Positions 46,660 to 56,859 of a stretch of DNA of 64,000 nucleotides are shown here, piece after piece. The first letter of the stretch is position 1; each line of letters opens with the position of its first letter. Source of the stretch: an uncultured Gammaproteobacteria bacterium (lineage in GTDB: Bacteria > Patescibacteriota > Patescibacteriia > Patescibacteriales > UBA12465); NCBI GenBank assembly GCA_964539545.1, contig CAZIJG010000002.1:6624-70623 (forward strand), given 5' to 3'. A program made the translations under genes and the position numbers. The notes beneath the pieces are model-generated. The model searched no databases. It worked only from the letters and a program-made list of their open reading frames with translations, and was not told where the DNA came from.

Positions 46660-47592
46660 ATGAAAAAAATTAAATCTGAAATTAGAAAATCGTATCTACT
46701 AAACCAATATGTTATCATCACCCCCTCTCGAGCTAAAAGGCCTAAAGATATAAAAACAAGAAACCTTGTTAAACCTTCAGATAGTTGTCCTTTTTGCGTA
46801 AACAATCTAAACAAAAAAAATATTATAGACAAAGTAAATAAAAAAGGAAATAAAAAATGGCAGGCTGTTAGCATTGGTAATATTTTCCCTGCGGTAACCT
46901 TAAATAATTTCAGAGCTTATGGCCAACAAGAAGTGATTATTGAAACTCCTAACCATGGCGTAGAACTAGGATCTCTAACTCTTCCTGAAATTGAACAATT
47001 ATTAAAATTGTATCAAAAAAGAACTAAAGCCATTGCCAAAAATAAGAAGATAGACTATATTTTATGTTTCAAAAACCAAGGAGTTAAAGCTGGGGCATCT
47101 TTACAACACGCCCATTCTCAAATTTTTGCTACTCAAATTATTCCTGAAGATTTAAAAGAAGAAGCTTCTTTAGCTCAAAAATATTTTATTAAAAATAATC
47201 ACTGTCCCTATTGCGATATTATTAAAAAAGAATTGAAATCTTCTCGAAAAATCTTTTCTGATAAAAACATTGCCGCTTTCACCCCCTACGCCAGTGCCTA
47301 TCATTATGAAGCTTGGATTTTTCCTAAACGACATTTAGATAATATTTCATTATTAAATGTTGAAGAACTAAAATCATTAGCTAAAGCTTTGAAAAAAATA
47401 CTAGTAAAACTGCAACGTCTTGGAGTAGATTACAACTATTTCTTACACAATGTGGTCTCGGATACAGACCAACATTTTTATTTAAAAATTCAACCCCGTG
47501 ATAGTGTCTGGGCTGGAGTAGAATTAGGTTCCGGATTAGTCATTAACTCTATTTCTCCAGAAATAGCCGCTAAATATTATAGAGAAAAGTAA
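46660..47592 (+). CDS. galactose-1-phosphate uridylyltransferase-like (GalT/HIT superfamily) nucleotidyltransferase
   Basis: N-terminal CPFC zinc motif and HAHSQIF (HxHxQ) active site. Confidence 0.65.
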   Translation: MKKIKSEIRKSYLLNQYVIITPSRAKRPKDIKTRNLVKPSDSCPFCVNNLNKKNIIDKVNKKGNKKWQAVSIGNIFPAVTLNNFRAYGQQEVIIETPNHGVELGSLTLPEIEQLLKLYQKRTKAIAKNKKIDYILCFKNQGVKAGASLQHAHSQIFATQIIPEDLKEEASLAQKYFIKNNHCPYCDIIKKELKSSRKIFSDKNIAAFTPYASAYHYEAWIFPKRHLDNISLLNVEELKSLAKALKKILVKLQRLGVDYNYFLHNVVSDTDQHFYLKIQPRDSVWAGVELGSGLVINSISPEIAAKYYREK

Positions 47593-47594
47593 TT

Positions 47595-50549
47595 ATGCCC
47601 ATTAAACAATTAAAAACTAAACCTAAAAAACAGACTTGGCGACAGGGACATCCTACTCGATCCACAAAAAAGAAGTTTACTCATTATCCTAAAACTACAA
47701 AATCAAAAAGAATGACTAAAACACGAACTAAAGTTTCCGATTTTTGGCTTAAACAACTATTAATGAGTAAAAAACTTTGGAAAGCTATCGGCATCTTAGT
47801 AGTGTTGTTTTTTCTAGCTGGCTTAATTGCGTTTGCTTGGTTTTCTCGTGGATTACCTAATCCCAACCAATTAATAACCAGGGAAATCCCCCAAAGTACT
47901 AAAATTTATGACCGAACTGGAGAAAATATTCTTTATGAGATTCATGGCGAAGAAAAAAGAACTTTAGTTTCTTTAGAAAACATTCCAGACTATATAGAAC
48001 AAGCTACAATTTCAATTGAAGATAAACATTTTTATGAACATGGCGGCTTTAGTGTTTGGGCAATTATCCGAACTACCATTACTAATGTTTTATACAATCA
48101 AAGAGCTGGTGGTTCCACTCTCACTCAACAATTTGTTAAAAATTCTATCCTAACTTCAGAAAAAAGATACAGTAGAAAAATAAAAGAAATAATTTTAGCT
48201 AGTCGACTTGAACAAAAATTTAGCAAAAATGAAATTCTCCAAATGTACCTAAATGAAATTCCCTACGGCTCTAATGCCTACGGTATAGAAGCTGCTAGTA
48301 GAAAGTATTTTAGTAAAGGCGTAGAGGAAATTAATCTAGCTGAAGCAGCAGTGTTAGCCGCTCTCCCTCAAGCTCCTAGCCGCTATTCTCCCTATGGACC
48401 AAACCGTAAACTTCTTCTAGGAAGACAAGGCTATATTTTAGAAATCATGGAAAAACAAGGGTATATTACTAAAGAAGAGAGGGACCAAGCTTTAGAATAT
48501 GAAATTGAATTTAGTAAACCAGCTGACAATATTACTGCTCCTCATTTTGTAATGTATGTAAAAGGAATCCTATCTGAAAGGTACGGAGAAAAGACTATTG
48601 AGCAGGGTGGTTTAAAAATTTATACTACCTTAGATTTATACAAACAAGACATTGCTGAAGAGGTTATTAAAGAAAGGGCTGAGAGCAACGAGGAGAGCTG
48701 GCAAGCCTCAAATGCAGCCTTGGTATCCATCGACCCCAAAAACGGTCAGGTGTTAGCTATGGTGGGCTCTAAAGACTACTTCAACGATGAGATCGATGGT
48801 CAATTTAATGTAGCTATTAGTCCTCGGCAACCAGGCTCATCTCTTAAACCTTTAGTCTACGCTGCTTTATTTGAAAAAGGTTATAAACCAGAAACTATTC
48901 TATTTGATACTATAACTAATTTTTCTACCAACGACAGTGAGCCCTATGAACCTCATAATTATAACGATAATGAGCTAGGCCCTGTTTCCATCAAAAAAGC
49001 TTTAGCCGGATCTTTAAATATTCCAGCTGTAAAAGCTATCTATTTAGCTGGTATAGATAATGTTTTAAATCTAGCTGAAAATACTGGATACAGCACACTT
49101 GCTGATAGAAATCGTTTTGGCCTATCTTTAGTGCTAGGCGGAGCTGAAGTAAAATTATTAGAACATGTTAATTCTTATTCTGTGTTTGCTCGTGAAGGAA
49201 AAGTTCATCCTATAGCGGTTATTTTAAAGGTTGAAGATAGCAAAGGAATTGTCTTAGAAGAGTTTAAAGAAAAAGAAAAAACTGTTTTAAATGGAAATAT
49301 TGCTCGAATGATAAATAGCATTCTTTCAGATAATGAAGCTCGAGCTTATGCCTTTGGTGAAAATAATTGGTTAACTCTTTCTGATCGCCCAGTCGCTGCT
49401 AAAACCGGAACAACTAACGACTATCGAGATGCTTGGACTATTGGCTACACCCCTTCTCTAATTACTGGAGTTTGGGTAGGAAACAATGATAACTCTGAAA
49501 TGAAAAGAGGTGCCGCTGGTGGAGTTGTTGCTGCTCCAATTTGGAACGCTTATATGCAAAGAGTCTTAGGTGATACCCCGATAGAAACTTTTAATACTCC
49601 TGAAATAAAAGAAACTGGTAAAGACATGCTAGATGGAATTATAACTTTTGGTGAAAAAATTAAAATTGATAGAGCTTCTGGTTTTTTAGCTACTGAACAT
49701 ACTCCAAAAACTTTTATTGAAGAGGTTGAAGTAACAAATTTTCACTCCATCCTTCACTTTGTAAATAAAAACCACCCGCTAGGAGAAATTCCAAGTGATC
49801 CCTCTAAGGATTCTCAATATGAATTATGGGAAAAAGGTATCCAAGAGTGGTTAGTTAGAGAACAAGAAAAAGAAGTTGAGGAAGGAGAGGAAGATACTAG
49901 TATTAAAATTATTGAAGCGCCAACCGAATATGATAACTTACATATTTCTGACAACCTTCCAACCTTAACCATTGTTGAACCTAAAAATAATAAAGTTGTT
50001 ACTGGACCACTACAATCTTCTATAAAAACTTCTGCTCCTCGAGGAATTAATCGATTAGAATATTACGTTGATGGTACACTATTATTTGCAAACTACGGAT
50101 ATCCTTTTAATTTACATTACGATGTTAGTTTTCTAGATAATGGTTATCACAAGCTAACAGTTCGTTCTTGCGATGACATAGACAACTGCACATCAGAAAC
50201 TTTAAATTTTAATCTTAACCTCAATAGCAACCCTGTTAATAATATAAATTTAAAAATAAATTTAACTTTTCCCGCTAACGGGCTAGCCTTAAATTCTTTT
50301 GACTTTCCTTTAACTGCTCAAGTCAGTAACAACGCTCCTTCCCAGGTTAGTAAACTTGAAATTATTCTACAAAAAACCGATACCGAAACTTCCTATGTAA
50401 AAGGAGTAATAAATAATCCTAGTACAAAAATTTCTGAAATAATAATATCTGAATCCCCCGAGCCTGGACAATATAATTTATGGATTAAGGCTTATAAATG
50501 GAAAGGTGGTTCCGTTGAATCCCAAAAAAGTCTGATTATTGTTAACTAA
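47595..50549 (+). CDS. class A penicillin-binding protein (PBP1A: GT51 transglycosylase + transpeptidase) with basic N-tail and C-terminal beta-rich extension
   Basis: EDKHFYEHGGFS (GT51), transpeptidase SxxK GSSLKP; N-terminal K/R/T-rich cytoplasmic tail + TM; ~250 aa C-terminal extra domains. Confidence 0.85.
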   Translation: MPIKQLKTKPKKQTWRQGHPTRSTKKKFTHYPKTTKSKRMTKTRTKVSDFWLKQLLMSKKLWKAIGILVVLFFLAGLIAFAWFSRGLPNPNQLITREIPQSTKIYDRTGENILYEIHGEEKRTLVSLENIPDYIEQATISIEDKHFYEHGGFSVWAIIRTTITNVLYNQRAGGSTLTQQFVKNSILTSEKRYSRKIKEIILASRLEQKFSKNEILQMYLNEIPYGSNAYGIEAASRKYFSKGVEEINLAEAAVLAALPQAPSRYSPYGPNRKLLLGRQGYILEIMEKQGYITKEERDQALEYEIEFSKPADNITAPHFVMYVKGILSERYGEKTIEQGGLKIYTTLDLYKQDIAEEVIKERAESNEESWQASNAALVSIDPKNGQVLAMVGSKDYFNDEIDGQFNVAISPRQPGSSLKPLVYAALFEKGYKPETILFDTITNFSTNDSEPYEPHNYNDNELGPVSIKKALAGSLNIPAVKAIYLAGIDNVLNLAENTGYSTLADRNRFGLSLVLGGAEVKLLEHVNSYSVFAREGKVHPIAVILKVEDSKGIVLEEFKEKEKTVLNGNIARMINSILSDNEARAYAFGENNWLTLSDRPVAAKTGTTNDYRDAWTIGYTPSLITGVWVGNNDNSEMKRGAAGGVVAAPIWNAYMQRVLGDTPIETFNTPEIKETGKDMLDGIITFGEKIKIDRASGFLATEHTPKTFIEEVEVTNFHSILHFVNKNHPLGEIPSDPSKDSQYELWEKGIQEWLVREQEKEVEEGEEDTSIKIIEAPTEYDNLHISDNLPTLTIVEPKNNKVVTGPLQSSIKTSAPRGINRLEYYVDGTLLFANYGYPFNLHYDVSFLDNGYHKLTVRSCDDIDNCTSETLNFNLNLNSNPVNNINLKINLTFPANGLALNSFDFPLTAQVSNNAPSQVSKLEIILQKTDTETSYVKGVINNPSTKISEIIISESPEPGQYNLWIKAYKWKGGSVESQKSLIIVN

Positions 50550-50558
50550 AGATTAACC

Positions 50559-50597
50559 AAAATAAAAAAACGTTCCTCAGAAACGTTTTTTTATATA
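50559..50597. terminator. bidirectional terminator between PBP1A and dnaN
   Basis: aaaaaaacgtt..aacgttttttt inverted repeat. Confidence 0.5.
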
Positions 50598-50605
50598 CTA
50601 ACCTT

Positions 50606-51742
50606 TTATTGTCTTATTGGCATCACTATATAAAGATAAGACTCTTCCTTATCTCCCCGGACTAAACAAGGAGTATTATTATTAACTATTCTTAAGTTTA
50701 TTTTTTCAGTATTAATATTATTTAAACCATCTAATAGGTATCTAAAATTTAAGGTTATATCATTATCCTTACCTGAAATATCTCCAGTTAGATTAATAAC
50801 ACTTTCTCCGGTCTGTCCAGAAATAGAAGAAACTACTAATTCATTTTTCTTGATATCTACTAATAAATGGATGTCATTAATTCCGCTCTTAGAAAAAATT
50901 GCTGAGGCTTTAATGGCTCTAACAAATTCTTGTCTATTAACAATTACCTTTGTCTCACTTTTTTGAGGAATAATTTGTTTATAGTCTGGATACTGACCAC
51001 TAATTAATCTGGAAATAATTTCTGTAGAGTCAAAGGAGAACATAATTTGGTTCTCTGATAGATAAATTGTTATTTCTTTTTCCGTAGATCCTAAATCATC
51101 ATTTAGATTAGACACTGCCCGTAAAACTTCTTGAATTGTTCTAGCGGGAACAATTATTTTGTCCTCACTAAAGTCATCTGTCTTATTAAACTTATTTATC
51201 TTAGCTTGTTTCTCTGCCAACCGATAACTATCTGTAGCTACCAGTGTAAGGTGATTATTTTCAAATGAAAATAAAATGCCAGCTAGCTCTATTCGGGCTT
51301 CACTGCTAGAAACTGCAAATACAACTTGTGATAAAGCTTTCTTAAACTCATCTATAGAAACTGTTAAATAGTTATTTTTATTAATCGTCGGTAATAAAGG
51401 AAACTCCTTCGCTGATTCTCCTTTTATTTTCGTTTTATAATTACTACATTCTACAACCAGCTCTTCTTCTTTCTTCTCTATACTAACTTTTTCTGATGGC
51501 AATAGACTGATATAGTCATTTATAATTTTTGAATCTACCGTAAATTCTCCTTCTTTTTCAATCTTTCCTCTAACTGTGTGACTAATACCTATTTCTAGAT
51601 TAGTTGCTAGTAATTCTATGTTATTATCTTTAGCCTTTATTAAAATGTTATTTAATATAGGGAGATTTATATTTTTACTTGTTACATGACTAACTACAGA
51701 TATACCTTTTTTTAAATTGTCTTGTAGACTTATAAATTTCAT
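50606..51742 (-). CDS. dnaN: DNA polymerase III beta subunit (sliding clamp)
   Basis: MKFISLQDNLKKGISVVSHVTSKNINLPILNNILIKA; three-domain length. Confidence 0.85.
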   Translation of the reverse strand: MKFISLQDNLKKGISVVSHVTSKNINLPILNNILIKAKDNNIELLATNLEIGISHTVRGKIEKEGEFTVDSKIINDYISLLPSEKVSIEKKEEELVVECSNYKTKIKGESAKEFPLLPTINKNNYLTVSIDEFKKALSQVVFAVSSSEARIELAGILFSFENNHLTLVATDSYRLAEKQAKINKFNKTDDFSEDKIIVPARTIQEVLRAVSNLNDDLGSTEKEITIYLSENQIMFSFDSTEIISRLISGQYPDYKQIIPQKSETKVIVNRQEFVRAIKASAIFSKSGINDIHLLVDIKKNELVVSSISGQTGESVINLTGDISGKDNDITLNFRYLLDGLNNINTEKINLRIVNNNTPCLVRGDKEESYLYIVMPIRQ

Positions 51743-51987
51743 ATGCTTGTATTATATTATATATTTATATATATATTAAACTAGTAGTAATAATAAGGGG
51801 GTGGAAAACTTTTAAACTTTTAATAAATAGATTATAAGTAAAGGATAAAAATGTCTTTTAGCTTGTGGAAACGATTTGGGTAAATTGTTAAAGCAGTCTG
51901 GATGGTTTGTGAATAAGTCTGTTAACACCTTTTTTTATTCACAAGTTATACAACTGTGTCCAAAAATAATACACAGGTAGTTAACAT
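51743..51987. other. candidate oriC: dnaN-dnaA intergenic region with AT-rich stretch and DnaA-box-like 9-mers
   Basis: TGTGAATAA at 51908-51916 and inverted TTATTCACA at 51935-51943, TGTGGAAAC at 51865-51873; (at)n-rich 51755-51790. Confidence 0.5.
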
Positions 51988-53376
51988 CTAAAAACCGTTA
52001 ATTCCAAACAATTGTTTAATAGAGTTTAACTCTTGTTTGGTCTTTTCGTTCTCGGTTAGCTCCTTAGCTATTTTATTAAAGGCATGCATAGCTGTAGTGT
52101 GGTCTCTTCCTCCTATTTCGTTACCGATGGTCGGATAAGAAGTATTTAATTCTTTTCTAATTAAATAGATGGCTATTTGTCTAGGACGAACTAGCTCTTT
52201 TTTACGGCCCTTACCTAATAAGTCTTTCATTGTTATATCATAGTATTTAATAACTGCACCAATAACATCTTTGGGTGTTAATGATCGACTTTGAATATTA
52301 GTAATTAAATCTGTTAGAACACTTTTTACACTATCTAGAGTTGGTTCAAACTTATTTAAATCATGATAGGCAATAATTCTATTTAAGGCGCCTTCTAACT
52401 CTCTAATATTATTATGAATATTAGAAGCAATATAATCTAGAACCTCTTCAGTTAATTGTAGATTTTTTTCTTTAGCTTTTCTGGCTAAAATGGCAATTTT
52501 AGTTTCAATATCTGGTTTACTAACATCAGCTACCATTCCAGACTCAAAACGAGAAATAAGACGTTTTTCTATAGCCGGTATAGCCTTTGGAGATCTATCA
52601 GAGGTTAAAACAATTTGTTTATTGCCTTGTTGTAATTCATTAAAGGTGTGAAAAAATTCTTCTTGAGTTCCATCTTTTCCTCCCATGAATTGAACATCAT
52701 CAATTAATAATAGGTCAACATTTCGATAAAGATTTTTAAACTCTTTGGCTCTACCACCTCGAACAGATTGGATATAGTTGTTGGTAAATTTTTCACTAGT
52801 AGTATAAAGAATTTTATTGGTTTTTTCTGAGGCAGCATTACCGATAGCCTGAAGAAGATGAGTTTTCCCTAGTCCAACTCCACCATAAATAAAAAAAGGA
52901 TTGTAAGTTTCTCCCAAATTTCTTACTACTGCTTGACAAGCAGCATAGGCGAGCTCGTTACTTTTACCAACGATAAAATTTTCAAAAGTATAACGTGAAT
53001 TTAAACCAAAACGATTAATATTAGAAGAGGGAGTAAATTTCTTTTCAATTGAGGCTTCTTTAACAGGGTTTCTAGAATCAGGTTTAGAAATTTTTTCTGT
53101 GATAACGACAGTTTCGTTGCCAGATTTCTTCAACTCTACTTTATAAATAATTTCTTCAAGTTTTTGACCAGTAATATTTTCTAGTCCTTTCCAAATCTTT
53201 TTATGATATTTGTTTTCTAACCATTTTTTTACAAATCCATTTGGTACACAAATAATAGCCCTCTTTCCTTCTAGAGAGGAAAGGAAGGTTCCTTTGAACC
53301 AAGTAATAAAATTAGCCCTAGAAAGACTAATCTCTATTTCGCCGAGGACGGCTTGCCAAACTCTGTCGTTATCCAT
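51988..53376 (-). CDS. dnaA: chromosomal replication initiator DnaA
   Basis: Walker A GGVGLGKTHLL, DDVQFMGGK (Walker B), C-terminal DNA-binding domain with HTTAMHAF. Confidence 0.9.
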   Translation of the reverse strand: MDNDRVWQAVLGEIEISLSRANFITWFKGTFLSSLEGKRAIICVPNGFVKKWLENKYHKKIWKGLENITGQKLEEIIYKVELKKSGNETVVITEKISKPDSRNPVKEASIEKKFTPSSNINRFGLNSRYTFENFIVGKSNELAYAACQAVVRNLGETYNPFFIYGGVGLGKTHLLQAIGNAASEKTNKILYTTSEKFTNNYIQSVRGGRAKEFKNLYRNVDLLLIDDVQFMGGKDGTQEEFFHTFNELQQGNKQIVLTSDRSPKAIPAIEKRLISRFESGMVADVSKPDIETKIAILARKAKEKNLQLTEEVLDYIASNIHNNIRELEGALNRIIAYHDLNKFEPTLDSVKSVLTDLITNIQSRSLTPKDVIGAVIKYYDITMKDLLGKGRKKELVRPRQIAIYLIRKELNTSYPTIGNEIGGRDHTTAMHAFNKIAKELTENEKTKQELNSIKQLFGINGF

Positions 53377-53566
53377 AAAGTTATATTTTAAATCTAGAAG
53401 TTATTATATTAAAATTTGCACAATAACTCAACACAAGGGTTGTTTATAATATGTTAATAGTAAGTTGATAACTTTGCAAATTCTGGTTGACCTTTTCAAA
53501 TAAAGGTGCTATCTTGTACGTAGCTACCTGAGAAGGAGTTTATTTTTTATCTAAAAATTCAACGAT

Positions 53567-53704
53567 ATGCCTAAAAGAACCTATCAACCTAGTAAACGAC
53601 GTGCTAGTAGAAAACACGGTTTTATAAAGAGAATGCTTACCAGTAGTGGTAGATCTATTTTAAAAAGAAGAAGAGCAAAGGGCAGAAAAGTTTTATCTAA
53701 ATAA
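53567..53704 (+). CDS. rpmH: 50S ribosomal protein L34
   Basis: Manual translation [45 protein letters not shown]; absent from ORF track (45 aa). Confidence 0.85.
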   Translation: MPKRTYQPSKRRASRKHGFIKRMLTSSGRSILKRRRAKGRKVLSK

Positions 53705-53721
53705 AATTTTTCTTTTTTCTT

Positions 53722-54066
53722 ATGTTAAAAAAACAAAATTTAATTAGAAAGCAAAAAGAATTTGAACAAGTTTTTGAAAAAGGAAAATATGTTCGAGACA
53801 AAGAGCTGGTTTTAAAAGTTTGTAAAAACAATTTGGAGTCTAGCAGAATAGGAGTTGTGGTTAGTTCAAAAGTAAGTAAAAGAGCAGTTTTTAGAAATAA
53901 ACTAAGAAGACAATTAAAAGCGGTATTTTTAAAGGAACAAAAAAATATAGTTTTGGGTTATGATTTAGTAGTTATATCTCTTAATAAGAACAAAGACTAC
54001 ACCTATCAAGAAATAGAGAGTTCTTTTTTAAAGCTTTTAAAAAAATTAAAACTTTATGTTAATTAA
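53722..54066 (+). CDS. rnpA: ribonuclease P protein component
   Basis: Position after rpmH, basic 114 aa, [25 protein letters not shown]. Confidence 0.8.
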   Translation: MLKKQNLIRKQKEFEQVFEKGKYVRDKELVLKVCKNNLESSRIGVVVSSKVSKRAVFRNKLRRQLKAVFLKEQKNIVLGYDLVVISLNKNKDYTYQEIESSFLKLLKKLKLYVN

Positions 54067-54307
54067 ATTATATATAAAAAAACTTGTTATTTCTTTAATT
54101 AAGATATATCAAAAAACTCTTTCATTTGATCATGGTATATTGAAAGGGTTTTATCCTCATGGGTATTGCCGGTTTCATCCTTCTTGTTCAGAATATGCAG
54201 TAAGAGCTATAGATAAGTATGGCGTTCTAAAGGGAGGAATTAAGGCTATTAGGCGTATCTGGCGTTGTAACCCTTGGAATAAAGGGGGTTGGGACCCAGT
54301 AGAATAA
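54056..54307 (+). CDS. yidD: membrane protein insertion efficiency factor YidD
   Basis: [19 protein letters not shown]...RRIWRCNPW conserved YidD motifs. Confidence 0.85.
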   Translation: MLIKLYIKKLVISLIKIYQKTLSFDHGILKGFYPHGYCRFHPSCSEYAVRAIDKYGVLKGGIKAIRRIWRCNPWNKGGWDPVE

Positions 54308-54325
54308 TAAATTAATTTTAATGTT

Positions 54326-55066
54326 ATGGTTCATTTGTTCCAAGTTATTTTTTATCAACCAATTCTAAACCTTTTGATTTTTCTCTATAACGTTGTTCCG
54401 GGGGAAAGTTTAGGAGTGGCGATTATTCTTTCAACTCTAGTTATTAAATTAGTGTTGTTGCCGTTGTCTCATAAGTCTATTAAAGCTCAAAAAGCTTTAC
54501 AAGATTTACAGCCGAAAGTAGATGAAGTAAAGAGTAAGTATAAAGACAATAAAGAACAAATGGGTAAAGCCATGATGGCTCTATATAAGGAAGAAAAAAT
54601 TAATCCTTTTTCTTCTTGTTTTCCTCTTCTAATCCAGCTGCCTTTTTTGTGGGCCGTGTTTAGAGTTTTTAGAGATGGTATTGAATCTAATCTACATCTT
54701 ATTTATTCGTTTATTGCTACTCCAGAAAGTATTCATAATATGTGGTTTGGTATTAATTTATCTGAGCCTAATATATATTTAGCAATTTTGGCTGGCGCTG
54801 CTCAATTTTGGCAAGCTAAAATGATGGTAGCTAAAAGACCAGCTACTCAAAATAACGGAGGAAAAGGTGACAGCATGACAGCAATTATGAATAAACAGAT
54901 GGTTTATTTTATGCCAATGATTACAGTGTTTATTGGTTTAACATTGCCAGGTGGATTAACATTATATTGGTTTGTGGTTACTTTGTTTACTGCCCTACAA
55001 CAGATTTTAGTATTTAAACAAACTAAGAAAGCAAAAGAAGCTCCAGTGGTTATTGAACAAAAATAA
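54326..55066 (+). CDS. yidC: membrane protein insertase YidC/Oxa1 (short form)
   Basis: Synteny, 5 TM, conserved region KSIKAQKALQDLQPKVDEVKSKYKDN...MALYKEEKINP. Confidence 0.8.
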   Translation: MVHLFQVIFYQPILNLLIFLYNVVPGESLGVAIILSTLVIKLVLLPLSHKSIKAQKALQDLQPKVDEVKSKYKDNKEQMGKAMMALYKEEKINPFSSCFPLLIQLPFLWAVFRVFRDGIESNLHLIYSFIATPESIHNMWFGINLSEPNIYLAILAGAAQFWQAKMMVAKRPATQNNGGKGDSMTAIMNKQMVYFMPMITVFIGLTLPGGLTLYWFVVTLFTALQQILVFKQTKKAKEAPVVIEQK

Positions 55067-55080
55067 AATTTTTAATAAAA

Positions 55081-55109
55081 AAACTAAAGCAATAATGCTT
55101 TAGTTTTTT
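55081..55109. terminator. bidirectional terminator
   Basis: aaactaaagc...gctttagttt + T run. Confidence 0.55.
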
Positions 55110-55120
55110 GTTTGTCTAAT

Positions 55121-55861
55121 TTATATAAATACTCTATTTTTTCCCACTATTAAATTAATCTGTTTATCAGAGACGCTTAATTTAGCTGGTAAAGGAAGAT
55201 TAATAGTGTTATCTAGATTTAAATATCCCCCAGATTTATTACTTACTGCAACCGTATTAGCCGTGAAGAAACTGGAACTATTTCTGTCCTGGATATAAAC
55301 GTGCAGATTACTATTTTTAGGGTTAACAGAGGGCATCTGAGTGGCTAATTCAACTGACGGCATGTTAATTATATAACTACCACCTTTTTCTAAGGGTTTA
55401 ACGGTAAAGTCTTCTCCTATTTTTATTTCAGTGTTAGCGTTGTTTATGTAGGCTTGAGAAATAAAGAAATGTTTATTAGCTTGAGCAACGTTAATCTTTT
55501 CATTACGTCTCGCTAATAAAATGTTACAAGCTTCTTGATAATTATTAATTCCTAAGCTTTTTCCTATTAAACTTGGTTCTACAGGAATGAAAGCTAGGAG
55601 GAGATTTTTAAAAAAGAAGCTTATTTCATCACATAACAAAACATTAAGAAGTTTGTTAAATGTAGCATCATTACCTACAGCTACAATTGTTTTTGCTCCT
55701 CTTTTAACCTCACCATGAATCACTCCTTTGAAGTTTTTTATATTGCTAAGACGGACTATTTTTCCACTTAAACCTAGGTCTGTTAGGCGTGTTTCAATTC
55801 GGTTTACAGTTTTAGTATATTTGCCTTTAGTCAAAAAGTCGTCATAAATATAAACATGCAT
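55121..55861 (-). CDS. diacylglycerol/lipid kinase catalytic-domain-like protein (YegS/DAGK_cat) with GNDAT in place of GGDGT
   Basis: IVAVGNDATFNKLLNVLL ... LAFIPVEPSLIGKSLGI parallels DAGK_cat motifs. Confidence 0.5.
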   Translation of the reverse strand: MHVYIYDDFLTKGKYTKTVNRIETRLTDLGLSGKIVRLSNIKNFKGVIHGEVKRGAKTIVAVGNDATFNKLLNVLLCDEISFFFKNLLLAFIPVEPSLIGKSLGINNYQEACNILLARRNEKINVAQANKHFFISQAYINNANTEIKIGEDFTVKPLEKGGSYIINMPSVELATQMPSVNPKNSNLHVYIQDRNSSSFFTANTVAVSNKSGGYLNLDNTINLPLPAKLSVSDKQINLIVGKNRVFI

Positions 55862-55869
55862 AACAGGTT

Positions 55870-56274
55870 TTATTTATTGGTTTTTAGAGGCTTAGTGAGA
55901 ACTTCTTCTTTTGTTGATAATTCGTCTTGCATTAAACAATGACCATTAATATAGGCTCCTTTAGCTACTGAAATTTCTGAACAGATGATATCGCCTACTA
56001 TTTTAGCGGTTTTACCTAAAGACAAGGATTTTTGTACTTTTATATTGCCTTTTACTTCTCCGCTGATAATGGCTTCTTTAGCTTCTATATTGGCAGAGAC
56101 CCTAGCCTTCTCTCCAACTAGTAAGCTGGCGTTTGTTTTTAGAGATCCTTCTAAAACGCCTTCTACCACGATATTACCTTTACCATGGAAGTTTCCTTTT
56201 ACTTTAATAGAGGGTCCGATAACGGTCTCTACATCTTTTAATTTTTCTTGAGACATATCTTTGTTGCCAAACAT
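55870..56274 (-). CDS. bactofilin (CcmA/DUF583 family)
   Basis: GKGNIVVEGVLEGSLKTNASLLVGEKARVSANIEAKEAIISGEVKGNIKV beta-helix repeats. Confidence 0.75.
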   Translation of the reverse strand: MFGNKDMSQEKLKDVETVIGPSIKVKGNFHGKGNIVVEGVLEGSLKTNASLLVGEKARVSANIEAKEAIISGEVKGNIKVQKSLSLGKTAKIVGDIICSEISVAKGAYINGHCLMQDELSTKEEVLTKPLKTNK

Positions 56275-56394
56275 ATTTGTTTTTATTTTATAAAAATTTA
56301 TTATCTATCTATAATCTTAAAGGACGCGGGGTCTTTTGTCAAAGTAAAATATTGCCAAAAAAAAATAATTGAGTTATCATAAAATCACCTTTTT

Positions 56395-56466
56395 GCTCTC
56401 ATAGTTTAATGGATAAAACAAGAACCTCCTAAGTTCTAGATCCAGGTTCGATTCCTGGTGAGAGCA
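56395..56466 (+). tRNA. tRNA-Arg (anticodon CCT)
   Basis: GCTCTCA-TA-GTTT-AATGGATA-AAAC-A-AGAAC-CTCCTAA-GTTCT-AGAT-CCAGGTTCGATTCCTGG-TGAGAGC-A. Confidence 0.8.
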
Positions 56467-56530
56467 CAAGAACAAGATAAAATAATTATGAAGAAAGAAT
56501 AAAGAAAAAATAAAGTTTTTAGCTAATACT

Positions 56531-56567
56531 AGCGATAAGTCCAAGGTAGCCTGGACTAAAGTATTTT
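56531..56567. repeat. palindromic repeat element P1, left copy (inverted relative to 57681-57742 copies)
   Basis: ctagcgataagtccaaggtagcctggactaaagt; reverse complement matches actttagtccaggctaccttggacttatc at 57681-57710 (about 30/32). Confidence 0.7.
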
Positions 56568-56659
56568 AGATTTATTTTATCTCTTGACAGTTTAATAAGA
56601 TAATGGTTATAGTTTTTGTCTATTGACTAGACAGAAAAACTTATTTAGAATATAGTCAT

Positions 56660-56679
56660 AATGTTCCTCGAGGAACATT
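56660..56679. repeat. palindrome P2 left copy aaTGTTCCTCGAGGAACAtt
   Basis: Perfect 16-bp palindrome TGTTCCTCGAGGAACA; second copy at 57660-57676. Confidence 0.7.
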
Positions 56680-56699
56680 CTTGGTTTCTATGACAATAA

Positions 56700-56773
56700 G
56701 GGCCCATAGCTCAGTTGGTTAGAGCGCTTGCATGGCATGCAAGAGGTCGCAAGTTCGAATCTTGTTGGGTCCA
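56700..56773 (+). tRNA. tRNA-Ala (anticodon GGC) with G3.U70
   Basis: GGGCCCA-TA-GCTC-AGTTGGTTA-GAGC-G-CTTGC-ATGGCAT-GCAAG-...TTCGAAT...-TGGGTCC-A. Confidence 0.8.
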
Positions 56774-56859
56774 CAAATAAATGTTAGAAGTAATTTTAAA
56801 TCGTCATTTCCGACGATTTTTGTTATAATTGGATTAGAGGTTAATTATATAAAAATTGT

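Noticed and set aside
46614-46874. 86-aa minus-strand ORF
   Set aside because: Overlaps the galT-like gene start and the terminator; hydrophobic antisense artefact.
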